The translations under genes were made by a program, and so were the position numbers. DNA of 63,970 bases, counting the filler, from Lenisia limosa (taxonomy: Eukaryota; Protista; Breviatea): the NCBI GenBank assembly GCA_001655205.1. It is 6 parts of 6 records of this genome, joined end to end, with 100 filler letters (N's around TTAATTAATTAA, not from the genome) between each part and the next. Parts side by side here need not be neighbours in the genome. Positions count along the whole stretch, not along the records: positions 15,823 to 30,359 come from LPNZ01008494.1; positions 30,460 to 38,495 come from LPNZ01011387.1; 4 more parts are not named here. One strand, written 5' to 3'. The notes below the pieces were generated by a model. That model had not been told where the DNA came from. It made no database searches and was given only the letters and a program-made list of their open reading frames with translations. Each line of letters opens with the position of its first letter. Position 1 is the stretch's first letter. Below, piece by piece: positions 25,600-38,595 of this stretch.

Positions 25600-28500
25600 A
25601 TAAACTTGCCCCTGTTGCGGATATTCATCATCCGGAAGACTTGGAGAAGATTACAAACTTAGAGAAAGAGTTATCCCAGCTCCAAACGGTAAGAAATGGG
25701 AACTAATCTTTTCCCCCGTCATCATTCCTCACCCATCAGACCCTCGGTTCCAAAGACAATACAATCGATCAAAGCAATCATGAAATCAAGAAGCTACAGA
25801 AGAAAATCAACGATCTTATGAGTGCTCTTCGTGATGAGGTTAGATCAGACTTTGCATCATCTCGATGTGCTATCCTATGTAACACTCTAACTTTCCTGTG
25901 TATATTATGACAAAATATTCCCAGCTTGGTTAATATTTCTTGACAAGATTCCCAAATAATAGTTGAAGGATTGAAGGGAGACACCAAGTTTGCAACTTGT
26001 TTATCTTCTCTCTAAGTAAAACAAACAAACATTTTGTCATCTGAAACTATGCATATCACTTACTAGGAGCTCGTCTAATCCATACCCTGCGTGAGGCTGC
26101 CTTTTGATACTTGGATTAGTTATGTTGACTTCTGAGTCGAAATGTTGACCCTAAAAATGACAGAAAATGATCCAAGAAGTGATATGATCAGGTCTTCACG
26201 TCGGTTCGAAAAAGACAGATAAAATATCGATAGTTTTAGAGGATTTATCGATAAATTCAGTCTTTTTTTGAACCGAAATGAAGCCCAAGATATAATTGTT
26301 CTTTTGGGACCCATCCCTCGTTTTTACCCCTACCAAAGGAGGAAACCGAAGATGGCGATGAAGACGTACCACCTATTTATGTTTCTTTCCACGAGTCTGA
26401 CCAGGAGGTTTTGGGGGATATTTAGACTTTTAAAGCTTTTGAGAGGATTGGGGGGTGCTTTGACTTGCAAGGAGGTTTGGGGGGACAGTGGAGGGGGGTA
26501 TTTCACTTCCGATTACTTGTTTATTTAATTACAGAGAGACCTTTATTGTGAGTTATTTTTTGAACATACCGTTTTGTTTTAACTGTTTCAGTTCATTGAA
26601 AAGCTTATCAAGGACTTGAGCATGGATGAGAACCTCAAGGGCAAATTCTGTTGTAAGCTGGGGGTATCAAAAGGATGTATGTGCTCATTTACGATCTTCT
26701 TTTACATTGTACGACCTTAATATATATTCATTTATATTTCAATATCTCTTATAAGCGTGATATTGTGGATGGCTTCGGTCAGATACAACCTTGCTTTATT
26801 TCGTATCAAAGAGTTAATTCATATGTAAGCGCAATAATAAGCTCTTTAAGCACTTATACCAATTCTACACGCAAATAGGTTTAATTTCACTGTATGTATT
26901 GCATAAAAAAAAATGAAGCTTTATTCATCCGTATGTACATAGGGCTTCGAAAAAAGACTGAATTTCTCGATAAATCCTCGAAAACTATCGATAGTGTACG
27001 AGTCTTTTACGAACCGAAGCCAATAGTACACAAAACCTAATTCTTCTGCAGCAATCGGTGCGGATGACTCCGACGACGACGAAGACGGCAGTGTCACCGC
27101 TTTCCACAAGAAGGGACTTGTCAAGTGCAAGATCGCCATTCTGTGCTTCTCACAAGCCTATTTTGGTGAGGGTCGTTGTTGTATGTATGATACTTATATA
27201 TAGAGATGAAACAAGGTTATATATGGCGGAAGCCGTTCACTCCACCACGCAATAAGACATACATATATTAGATTTAACCTTGTTTTTTTCTCATCTACAT
27301 ATATGCATATATAATTAGCTATATTATATCATATAGTATACTAGTATATAATATCGATCTGATATTCAGCGTTGAGGCCAGGTTAGTTTTTTGAAGTCTT
27401 TCTTGCTTCTATTTGAAGGGTCTGTCACTCATTTATCCAGTTAAAGGAAATTTGATTTTATTTTAACCTAAACCCTCTGATTGACCAGAGGACTTCCGCT
27501 GCAAACGTGAGATCAAACTACTGGCAAGACGACAGGTTTTTGGGAGTACCGTGCTGTTTCTTTCTCTGGTGTTTAATACGGATATAGTGTCCGTCCTGAA
27601 CTCAAAGGGAGAACTCCGTGCAATTCAATTTTTGAGAAAATTAATTAATAAAATATCGTATTATTTTTACACGATGGTGTATTTAGGACTGCGTGCAATT
27701 TATTTACTGAATTCTCGATTAATTCTCGAAAACTCTGGATATGTTCCTGGTTTTTTCGAACCGAAGTGAAGTCCCCCTCGAGACTCACTTTCCAGGAAAG
27801 AGGCTCCCCCGTCATTCTCTTCCCGGTCAATACGGAGGAAGCGGATATGCCTGTTGGTACGCTGGGGTAGTTGAATGCTGGGAGACGCAGAAAGCTGTGT
27901 ATTTATAGTATACTATAATTCAATAAGGACGCAAGAAGCTGTGTGCACAGAGTTGTAAGGCAAATGATTGGGTGAATTAATATTATACTAAAATCCAATA
28001 TCTCTTATAAGCGTGAACAGCTTCGGCCAGATACATCGTTATTTTTATTTCTCATTGCTATATGAATATTATAGTATATGATATATGCTGGGGTAGTCAT
28101 TATTTGAGGAGAGTTGGTATGCTGGGAATAGAGTAAAATTACTCAATTCCTTGATAAATCCTCGATATCTTTCCAGATCCTTTTAGAAACCGGAGTGAAA
28201 CAGATTACCAGTTCCCTAATTTGTTTGTGTGTAACAACACAATTGATTTGGCTTCTTTTTTTTTTTTTGTTGTTGTTTTTTTTCGTTTCACACAATTAGG
28301 GCTTCACTTCGTTCGGAAAATACCGGTAGAATATCGATAGTTTTCGAGGATTTGTCGAGAAATTCAGTCTAAGCCCTACGCGCAATAAAAAATTTTTAGT
28401 GATGGGATGCTGTGCTGCAGAAGCGACTGGCCTGGACTTTGTTTGTTTNNNNNNNNNNNNNNNNNNNNNNNNNNNNNNNNNNNNNNNNNNNNNNNNNNNN

Positions 28501-30311
28501 NNNNNNNNNNNNNNNNNNNNNNNNNNNNNNNNNNNNNNNNNNNNNNNNNNNNNNNNNNNNNNNNTGGCCAGCGTATAATGTTCTTCAGGGGAGAGTACCA
28601 ATCCAACTTAGACCGGCTGAAGGAACCGCTTGTAGGGGCTTTGGTATGGGGGAAGGCTAATGATTGGGTGAAATAATTGAATGAGTGGGGGTATTCCGTG
28701 CAATGAATTGAATTTTTTTTCCAAAATTTGAAGTCGGACATAGTGTAACGAGAACCCTATTCCAGACACTTTAATTTCTAATTTTGTCAATTAATATCCT
28801 CATAAAAAATTTATTGCACGGAGCCCTAGAGATATCTTAATCGTTAAAAGCCCCATTTCTGTCAAATCATCTTTCCATCTGTTAAAAGCCCCATTTCTAT
28901 TAACCAGTTTCTTCAAAGCTTAATTTCTGCCATCATTTCTGTCAAATATTCTATTTCTTAAAAGCCTCATTCTAACGGTCTAGACTGAGACACCAACTTC
29001 GGATTTCGATGCGCTTGGACCCAAGGTATGCAGTCNNNNNNNNNNNNNNNNNNNNNNNNNNNNNNNNNNNNNNNNNNNNNNNNNNNNNNNNNNNNNNNNN
29101 NNNNNNNNNNNNNNNNNNNNNNNNNNNNNNNNNNNNNNNNNNNNNNNNNNNNNNNNCAAACCCGTTTTTTTGTTTCTTTTTCGATACTTTTGGATTACCC
29201 CGTGATATTATATGATTAGGGCTTCCCTCTGGTCCCAAAATAGACTGAATTTCTCAATAACTATCGAGATTTAGCAGTCTTTTTCGGACCTTAGGGAAGC
29301 TCTAGATATGATTATGGCTTCACTTCGGTTCTCGATAGTTAAGACTGAATTTGTCGAAAAATTCAGTCTTTTTTTGAACCGAAGTGAATCCCTTATAGTA
29401 TGTGATTCTTGACGCTGACAACTCAGGACGTATTTGTGTCCTACGCTGTGAGGACGAAGGAGGTGGTTTGGCCTCTCTGGCAGTCTCTCTCAGACCTTGA
29501 AGTAAGCCTGGTTTACTCTTGTGTAACATGTCTTTTGGTTTAAGCTTGTGTAACTAATGTGCGTTGTTATACATGAATAAAAAATATGTTTTGTTTTACA
29601 GTTAATGTGCGTTGTTAGGATAAGATACACTGAAAAACTGTTGGATTTTTTGATACTTATGGGTTAGTTACACTTGTGTAACTAATGCCCCTCATACTCA
29701 CCCCCTTTTTATGGAGTGTTGGGATGCGCTGTAGAAGCGNNNNNNNNNNNNNNNNNNNNNNNNNNNNNNNNNNNNNNNNNNNNNNNNNNNNNNNNNNTCA
29801 TATACAGAATTTTCCTGTTTTTGTTTCTTTTGTTGTTATCAACCCTCGTGTGTTGTCAGCTAACAGAGTTGATTTCGAGCTTTTTTGGTGATCCCATTTC
29901 ACCCCCCTTCCAGGGACCCCTGAATAATTCGGTCTGGATTGACAAAGAAGGCATCCAGGCGGGAAAGGATTGGGACAGTCAAATCTCAGAAGCGCTTTAT
30001 GGGTGTAAGGTGAGATGGGAGGGGGAGGGGGGTAGTCATATCTGGGGCTTCCTTGCGGTCCGTTTAAATATCGATATTTATCGAGGATTTATCGGGAAAT
30101 TCAGTCTTTTTGGGACCGTGGGATGCCCTTGTTATATAACCCCTTCTTCACCCTGCTTTCCTTCACCCACCTCTTGTGTTATCAGCCAACAGAGTTGATT
30201 TTGGACTCTATTTTTTTTTTCTGTTTAACAAAAAAATTTCCTACCCAGGTTGCGGTTATTTGTCTTTCTCCTGAGTTTTTCGAGTCCATCAACTGCACCA
30301 AGGAAATCAAG
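25600..30311 (+). CDS. Coiled-coil plus tandem TIR-TIR domain protein (3' truncated at scaffold end)
   Basis: Phase-consistent exons 26339-26407, 26592-26652, 27052-27165, 27489-27535, 27796-27856 give TIR1 (IYVSFHESDQEFIEKLIKDL...KCKIAILCFSQAYFEDFRCKREIKLL...VILFPV). Exons 29427-29501, 29914-30009, 30249-30311 give TIR2 (DVFVSYAVRTKEVVWPLWQSL...VWIDKEGIQAGKDWDSQISEALYGCKVAVICLSPEFFESINCTKEIK). Upstream coiled-coil-like exons (LEKITNLEKELSQLQT, HEIKKLQKKINDLMSALRDE). Confidence 0.9.
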
Positions 30312-30582
30312 GTATGGGGGGTCAATTAGATGTTTATAGCAGAGTTGATTTTGGGCTTTNNNNNNNNNNNNNNNNNNNNNNNNNNNNNNNNNNNNNNNNN
30401 NNNTTAATTAATTAANNNNNNNNNNNNNNNNNNNNNNNNNNNNNNNNNNNNNNNNNNNNGATGGGATGCGGTGTTGCAGAGCGACCGGCCTGGACTTTGT
30501 TTGTTTTGTTGTTATCAAACCTTGTGTTCATGCGTTTTTCAATTTTACCCTCTAGCATGCTTTCGTACGTCAAGTCAAGCCC

Positions 30583-30920
30583 ATGGACACCCTGAAAGAC
30601 CTAGTTGAACAATCCGCGGAGGCAAGAGCTTCGATGTCGTCTTCTGAGGAAGAGAGCAGCAGCGAAGAGAGCAGCGACGAGAGTGATTATGATGGCAGAT
30701 TCGATACAGTCGCGCGAGTGGGAGGGGAACTAGGTTTTTTAAAATCAAAAGAAATAGTATTACATTACATATCTGGAAGCAATTAAATACTTAGGGATAC
30801 CATAAACAAGTTACCAAAGTAGCGAAGGGGTTCGTTAAACGACCCGTGCTATATTTGTTCATCACCTCGACTCGAAATTCAGTTATTTGATCATATCACT
30901 TGGGGTGATGAAGGTACTAT
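30583..30920 (+). CDS. 5' exons of an unknown gene with acidic/Ser-rich N-terminus
   Basis: MDTLKDLVEQSAEARASMSSSEEESSSEESSDESDYDGRFDTVAR followed by GT; next candidate exon LFDHITWGDE. May be the 5' end of the gene at 32570-38438. Confidence 0.45.
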
Positions 30921-32569
30921 TTACTTTGAAATCGTTTTTTTTTTATACAATTTTTATTCAAGCTGTTTTTTATTCGTAGTTTTATTTATAGATATATACA
31001 TGTAGTTTACTTTTTTTTTTGGTTTTATTTTTGTTTTACGCTACGTTTCGTATTTCCATTTGGTGACCAAACCATACTTTTTTAAATTATTCATGGACCG
31101 AAAACCATGAGATCCAATCAAAACTGATCTCAATCTCGGCTGAGGGGGTGTTACCACAACCGCAATCACAGAGCCTGACGCCGCAAAATGAACGGAAGAT
31201 CGTCCCGTTAACATTGGTACACAGATCTGGAGACTCACCATTATGAAATCAAATCACAAACAGATAGAGCACATGTCATCGAATAAACTACACGAGTCTC
31301 ACTTGGCGAGCTTTTCGGCCATTTAATTAGAATCAAATATTTCCATCTCCTGTTGGTGTTCCTCTTCAGTCATGGCCGTTCTCTACATAAATAAAGATCA
31401 CAATATATCTATCTATAATACTAAACATATATTGTGTCCAACAATCACACGCGGAACTACACTACTCCTTCACCTGAATGACTGAACCGCGTTCTCATTC
31501 AAGAGACCACCGTTTGTGATAGAGGTTAGATGTCATCAAATGGCGGGTTCTTGATGTTACCAACATTTGAGTGAGTAAATGTATGTAAAAATTTTAAAAA
31601 TGACTTACAAAAAAACACATTTAACAAACGGGAAAGATAGCAGTAGATAGACTACAGACACCAGGCTATGCGAAAGATTGAGTTTTTTTGGAGTGTGATC
31701 TACACGGGGGGGAAAACTCATCTTGGCGGTAACGTATGCGATCCACTTTGGTAAACTCTCTCCATTTCCTCCCCCGCTGTTTCGGCGCTACCACCAACTA
31801 AAACTTTTGGCAATCTTTGAAATAAGGTCTGTGACCACATCGCTCTGAATGTGTTGTTCATAACAATCACAACCACAACATACGCTGTTGCTTATGAGGC
31901 GTAATGCACCAAGAGTGCAGCTGTGGCAGTGACTGCATTCTGAAGAGCCTCTTTGCCGATTATGTTGATCCAGCCGTCGAAGCGTTTTGGGTAATACCTA
32001 TAGTTCAAGAAGTCAAAGCAAGTCAACCTCCACCGAATGTAAATACGAGGAGCCTTTTTGCTTCCTGTATGGGACTGTATCGATGGCTTCCTACGTTCGC
32101 AAAAAAATACTGTATTTCACTATAACTATTTTGTCTGACAGTAGGGAAGCCCTAACTGTATCTCCACAGACAACACACTTTATTTATTCACCCAATCATT
32201 TCCCTTACAACCCTGGGTACTATCATTCATTGCCTAATAATATGAGCTACATAATATGATTTTAGATTCAGTCGGCCCTTTTGATCCCTTAGGCACCCCA
32301 GGAGGACCCCACATCCCTCTTCATGTCTTTTGAGTCATCTAAGCCGGCTGCAGGTTTGGGGTGACTATTATGGTATGAAGAAAGAAACTTTATGCAAAAA
32401 AGACTCCATTCACGATAAATCCTCGATAAATATCGATATTTTTATGGAATGGCTTCTTATTTCTCTCTCCTCTGGAACTAGATTCTTAAAGCTAATCCTT
32501 ACAACTCCCGTTTGTTCTCGCATTCCTTACTGAAATTTTCTTCCCGAGAATCATTTCTCTCATCCCCCA

Positions 32570-35500
32570 GAAATAGTATTCGAGGAAGATGATGCACTCC
32601 CAATGCCGTCTTTGAATGGCATGGCCTCTCACAGCGAATCAAGTTCCANNNNNNNNNNNNNNNNNNNNNNNNNNNNNNNNNNNNNNNNATTTCCTTTCAT
32701 AAATTTTCTTGTGTTACTCCCTCCCACAGAGCCCTCGTCTGACCCCGGCTGCCGACAGTGATATTCCACCGCCTGTCATGGCGAGGCCTTCCCCCATGGC
32801 TGTTCAGAGCAAAAATGATATTGAAATTGTGCGTAGGTTCTTGTTGAAATCCCGAGGGCTGGTGTCTGCCCAAGGTGTCAGTTTTTCCTTAAATTTGTCT
32901 GAAATTTTACCCTCCACCCAGGAAACGGCAATTCCCATGCCGGACCGATCAAAGATCAGCAAGCCCCGTCCCGTGTCGCATGTTGTAGGGGGGGGGGTGA
33001 AGAAGGGAGGTCTCAGGTTAATATGAAAACCCCCAAGGGCAATTGCGATCAGTGTTAATTATTATTATATAGTATGTTACATATATCTATATACATATAT
33101 ATGTATAGTATATCATATATCCAATTTTTACCTACTTCATTCCTCTTTAGGGAGTAGATAGCTTTTAATAAAAATTGTACCAGGGATGTTTTTTTTTTAC
33201 TTCATATAAAATAANNNNNNNNNNNNNNNNNNNNNNNNNNNNNNNNNNNNNNNNNNNNNNNNNNNNNNNNNNNNNNNNNNNNNNNNNNNNNNNNNNNNNN
33301 NNNNNNNNNNNNNNNNNNNNNNNNNNNNNNNNNNNNNNNNNNNNNNNNNNNNNNNNNNNNNNGCGAAATCATGAGCGACTATACTGAGTCCGACTCTTCT
33401 GACGATGAGTTCAAATCTGATATACAGTGGGAGTGGGGGTGAGGTCTGTACAGTTTTTTATCCCTCTCAACATTATTCTTCGTCTCCCTACCGTTTCCTT
33501 CTCCATCTCATCCTCCCTTCCCTTCCCTCTTGACATTTAGGCTGGATTCCCTTTCCTCCTTGAAAAAGCGTATTTAATGCTTCTCCGGTTTCTAAATATA
33601 ATATCTTTTTTGAACAAAAAAAAAATATGTTTAAATATTTTTAAACTGAAACTGAAAGGAGGAGTAGGCTGCACCAATAAATGCTGCATTAAAGAACGCT
33701 ATTATATCATTTGCTCACTTTTATCCACCTCAGGAGAGAATGTTATTATTTTAGGCTCCCATCAATGGCCTTCCCATCCACCCACAAAGCCCCAACTATG
33801 CCTCCGCCACAAGGTACTTTTTGGGGTTTTGAGAAGAAGAAGAATACTTAGATTAAATATAATTAGGTTTTCACTTCGGTTCGGAAAAGACCGGTAAAAT
33901 ACGATAGTTTTCGAGGATTAATCGAGAAATTCCGACTTTTTTTCGAACCGAAGTGAATCCCTAAATATAGTCAAGTGAAACAAATAAATTGACTTCGGCC
34001 AGATTCGACCTTATTTACTTCTCTCTGCATGGTATATCTCCTTGCAAATTCCGATTTCACAGACTTAGAAGAGGACTTTTCAATGGCCCCTCCTAAACTT
34101 GAGTCAATGGACCTCACCATGATGGACAACCCCACCGCCGACTTGCCTAATATGGGCATGCCTAATATGGACATGCCAAATATGGACATGCCTAATATGG
34201 ACATTCCAATGATGCCGGCAATGCCCAACCCAATGAACCAACCCGGATGCCGTATTTCAATGCTTGAAACCTGCCGTGATGATTTTGACCCGGATAGCCA
34301 AATCCCTTCTATGGTATGTTTTTTTTATTATTATTTTTTTTAAAAAAAATTTTTTTTTCTTTTTCTTGTAAACACTGTCTTATTTGAGCTATTAATTACA
34401 GTAATTAATTGCACGGCACCCTAAATAAAATTGTCAAAAATCTACTCTTACCTCCTTTATAAAGCTACATGGAGACCTAATTGTGTGACATGATAAATGA
34501 AGCGAAACAATATATTATCACCATACTAGAAAAATGGGTGAGTTAATATTATACTGTAATCCAATATCTCTTTTAAGCGTGATGGTGTGGACGACTATAC
34601 AACCTATTTTTTATTTATCATTGCTAGCGATACACTCCCAAAGAACTTATACATATTGCTTTTTTGAATGATGGGATGCGGTGTTGCANNNNNNNNNNNN
34701 NNNNNNNNNNNNNNNNNNNNNNNNNNNNNNNNNNCTTTTTTTTCATAATTATTCTAATTTTACCCCCCTACCCCAGGAACCCCAACACATGACCTTGGAA
34801 ATGGACTTCACAATGCCTGCCATGGCACCCGGGGGTCCCGGGGGTGAACATTCAAGGCCTGAGTCCCTCGCCACCGTAAACGACGCTTTTGTGACGGCTG
34901 TTGCCACCCCGGTTGGGGGGGCGAGTAGGACCACCATAATCCGACTTCTTTTTTTAATAAAGTGTATCAATTTCTCCGACCCAAAAATCCGACTTAGGAT
35001 CTGGTCTGGTCCTAGGGGGTAGAGCTTCACCTTCGGTTCCAATAACAACTGGATCTTGATAAATCGCTGATAAATATCGATATTTTCGCAGGCTTTTGGA
35101 CCGAAAGTGAAGCTCTACAAGGAGGGAGGCAATGGAATCCAATTTTTAACATTTTGGTCAAGATTTACTCTTGTGTGGGGTTCGGTGCGATAAATAACTT
35201 TATAAAGAACACTTTGGTCATGACTTAACTTGGGCGGATCGATTGATCGCTTATCATCTGTTTTAATTCCCATCTCAACATATCAAATGATTTAGTATTA
35301 TAAATAAAATATAAGAGCTTCACTTTCAATCTACTTCAACCCATTTTTCGTACATTTTTTGATAGTTTGAATTTCCGTCTTCTTACATCCCCGTTTTACA
35401 TCCCTCTAGGACAAAAACGGGCAAAACTCCGCTCCTATTGGGCCTGACTCTGTTNNNNNNNNNNNNNNNNNNNNNNNNNNNNNNNNNNNNNNNNNNNNNN

Positions 35501-38438
35501 NNNNNNNNNNNNNNNNNNNNNNNNNNNNNNNNNNNNNNNNNNNNNNNNNNNNNNNNNNNNNNNNNGTGAGTCGGGTTCCTGATATGACTCGGTTCATCAA
35601 TTAGAAGAAATACACATGGCTTCCCGTATTGCCACGCATCTCTCACACTTTAATCAGTTTCAATAGGCATTGCTTATTTGCACAATATTATTCTGATGTT
35701 ACTCTGTTCATCAATTAGGCCTCGCAAGAAGACGTCNNNNNNNNNNNNNNNNNNNNNNNNNNNNNNNNNNACTTTGCCACACAACAACGTGAGAAGAGCC
35801 TTTTGGTTATTTATTAATCAATTACCTGTTATATTTTTTTCCTTGCTGCTTTACTAGCCATTTTGTATTATCACATAATTCAACTTATCAGCGTGATATG
35901 GATGGCTTCGGCTAGATAATACCTTGTATTCAGTATAAATATACACTGACTAACTGAAGAAAAAGCTCAATATCCACCAAATTGATATCTCAGGCCATGT
36001 CCCTTCAGTTGTTGCTCAAGACTTCTCTACCACTACCACTGTCAACGATGAATTCTACACTGCCGTTCCCTCTCCTCTCAGTTAGGCGTTAATTTTGCGT
36101 AAAAATAGTATATTATCATACATAAGGATATGTATGCATGATATTTAACATGGCATTATCTAGCCGAAGCCTCATTGTAAGGCATTATTGTCTGCTATTC
36201 ATTGAAAGTAATACGCACATGAAATACCCTGAAAAAAACTGCCGTACTCTCCTCTTAGTCTAACTTTACAATAGCCTGTGAATCCGTGCAATCCCNNNNN
36301 NNNNNNNNNNNNNNNNNNNNNNNNNNNNNNNNNNNNNNNNNNNNNNNNNNNNNNNNNNNNNNNNNNNNNNNNNNNNNNNNNNNNNNNNNNNNNNNNNNNN
36401 NNNNNNNNNNNNNNNNNNNNNNNNNNNNNNNNNNNNNNNNNNNNNNNNNNNNNNNNNNNNNNNNNNNNNNNNNNNNNNNNNNNNNNNNNNNNNNNNNNNN
36501 NNNNNNNNTTCCAACTCGTAAGCGGGGTCCAAATTGGGTTTACGAATAGGGCAATATTTAGGGCTTCACTTCGGTTTGAAAAAGACTTTGATGAATCCTC
36601 GAAAACTATTGATATTTTACCGGTCTTTTTTGAACCGAAGTGAAGTCCTACTCTTTATCCACTTTGTTGACTTTTGAGCCTTTACCTAATCTTCTTTTTC
36701 CTCATTTAACTTTTTCTCTAGTTTCACATCCCTGGTCCCTGCTGATATTGATGCGGCTCTAAAGACCACGTGGAGCTCTAGCGAATTTACCTCAGATAGT
36801 TGGCAAATGGGCGATATCGTACTATTTTCTTAAATATCTACAGGAACCGCGGTGTTTATTGTATTTTTATTTGTTGGAGCATTATTTTGATTAAATAAGC
36901 AGGAACACAAATAAATGCATAGGTTTTTACTAATAAGGTTGGATATTTAAAGAAAAGGAGGACAGACCTTATGGAATGGGAAAGTGGATGTGTAGTAAAA
37001 CCTTCCAAAAAAAGTTAACTTCCTTTTTGTTTTTCTTTTTTCATATAATTTCCATTTTTACTCCGCCAGGTGATCGAGAAAAGTACTTTTCGTCCTTATG
37101 TCAAGATAGTGATTTCCACCTCCCAAGACTTCTCCCATCTGACGCTATCATTCCTTCAGCGCTGAAAAGTGAGAGTATATACAGATATAATTAGGGATTT
37201 CGTACGGTCCCAAAAAAAGACCGAATTTTTCGATAATTCCTTGATGAATATCGATATTCTACCTGATTTTTTTTCGGACTCTTCTTTCATCATTTCACTT
37301 AAAAGTCGGTCATACTCGATAAATATCGATAGTTTGTCGGTCTTTTGGAACCTTAAGTGAAGCACTAAGAAATGGATTGCAATTATAGCCTCACTTTCAG
37401 TTCTGAACCGAAAGTGAAGCTAGTGCTAATGTTCTAATATCGAAGAAATGGGTTCTAATATCGTAGAAATGGGCCAAAAGCCGAAGTTACTTCTCGAAGC
37501 CCTCAAAGCCATTGCACCACCTGACTTCAAGGTGGGAACACATATTGGAGGTAGGGCTTCACTTCGATTCGAAAAAAACTGAATGTCTCGATAATTCTCG
37601 AAAACTATCGATATTTTACCGGTCTTTTTTGGACCGTAGTGAAGCCCAACTTGGAGGTGTAAAAAGCCCGCATTGGAATTAAGAATTCTGCAATTCAAAA
37701 GAGGTAATTTCCCAGATTATAGAAAACTATTGTCATTTCTTTAATTTCCCAGATTATTCTCTAACTTCCCAAATTATGCCTTATAGTATTACTATCCCTA
37801 GTAATAGGTAATTTTCCTATTTCATCACTTTGATTTACCTAATTTCCTTCCTGTAATCTACCTAATTTCTAGAGCTCAGACATATTGTTGTGGTAACTCC
37901 ATTTCAGACACTTTAATTTCAAATTTTTTGAATTAATTTCTTCAAAAAAAAAACAATAACTGCACGTAGCCCTACCAGTATCCTGAAAACTGTAATTTAC
38001 CTACCTTTGCAGATCACTGGCGGTTTCATCGCATCACAACCTCTCCCCATCCGCCACGTCATCGCTTCCCTTGCATATCNNNNNNNNNNNNNNNNNNNNN
38101 NNNNNNNNNNNNNNNNNNNNNNNNNNNNNNNNNNNNNNNNNNNNNNNNNNNNNNNNNNNNNNNNNNNNNNNNNNNNNNNNNNNNNNNNNNNCTTTGGCCC
38201 AAACCATTATCATATTTGAACATACTTTTGATCGACGACTTATTATGTGAGATATCTACCGAAAACTCATTAGCACGTGTACATACATTTACTTTAAACA
38301 TATTTCATGATAAACGTCACCAATTAGACCGAAAATTCCTCGAGTCAACTCACGCGACGCAACATCACGGTTTTGGCGTCTTGGCTGGAGGAAACCCTGT
38401 TTTCCAAGAAGGCCGCCTCCGTCCCAACCAAAGCTGAG
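32570..38438 (+). CDS. Large multi-exon gene, Met/Pro/Ser-rich low-complexity region, unknown function (3' truncated)
   Basis: Many AG/GT-bounded exons, e.g. SPRLTPAADSDIPPPVMARPSPMAVQSKNDIEIV, DLEEDFSMAPPKLESMDLTMMDNPTADLPNMGMPNMDMPNMDMPNMDIP, EPQHMTLEMDFTMPAMAPGGPGG, FTSLVPADIDAALKTTWSSSEFTSDSWQMGDI, TENSSSQLTRRNITVLASWLEETLFSKK. Confidence 0.6.
34142..34210 (+). repeat. Coding 15-bp tandem repeat encoding (MPNMD)n, about 4-5 units
   Basis: ACTTGCCTAATATGGGCATGCCTAATATGGACATGCCAAATATGGACATGCCTAATATGGACATT. Confidence 0.9.
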
Positions 38439-38595
38439 GTATGTGGTGGGGGGTATAAAGCAATGAGAAATAAAAATTAGGTTGTATCTAGCCGANNNNN
38501 NNNNNNNNNNNNNNNNNNNNNNNNNNNNNNNNNNNNNNNTTAATTAATTAANNNNNNNNNNNNNNNNNNNNNNNNNNNNNNNNNNNNNNNNNNNN

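Noticed and set aside
33971-34228. Minus-strand ORF with (GMSIL/GMPIL) repeats
   Set aside because: Antisense of the plus-strand MPNMD exon, which has proper splice sites
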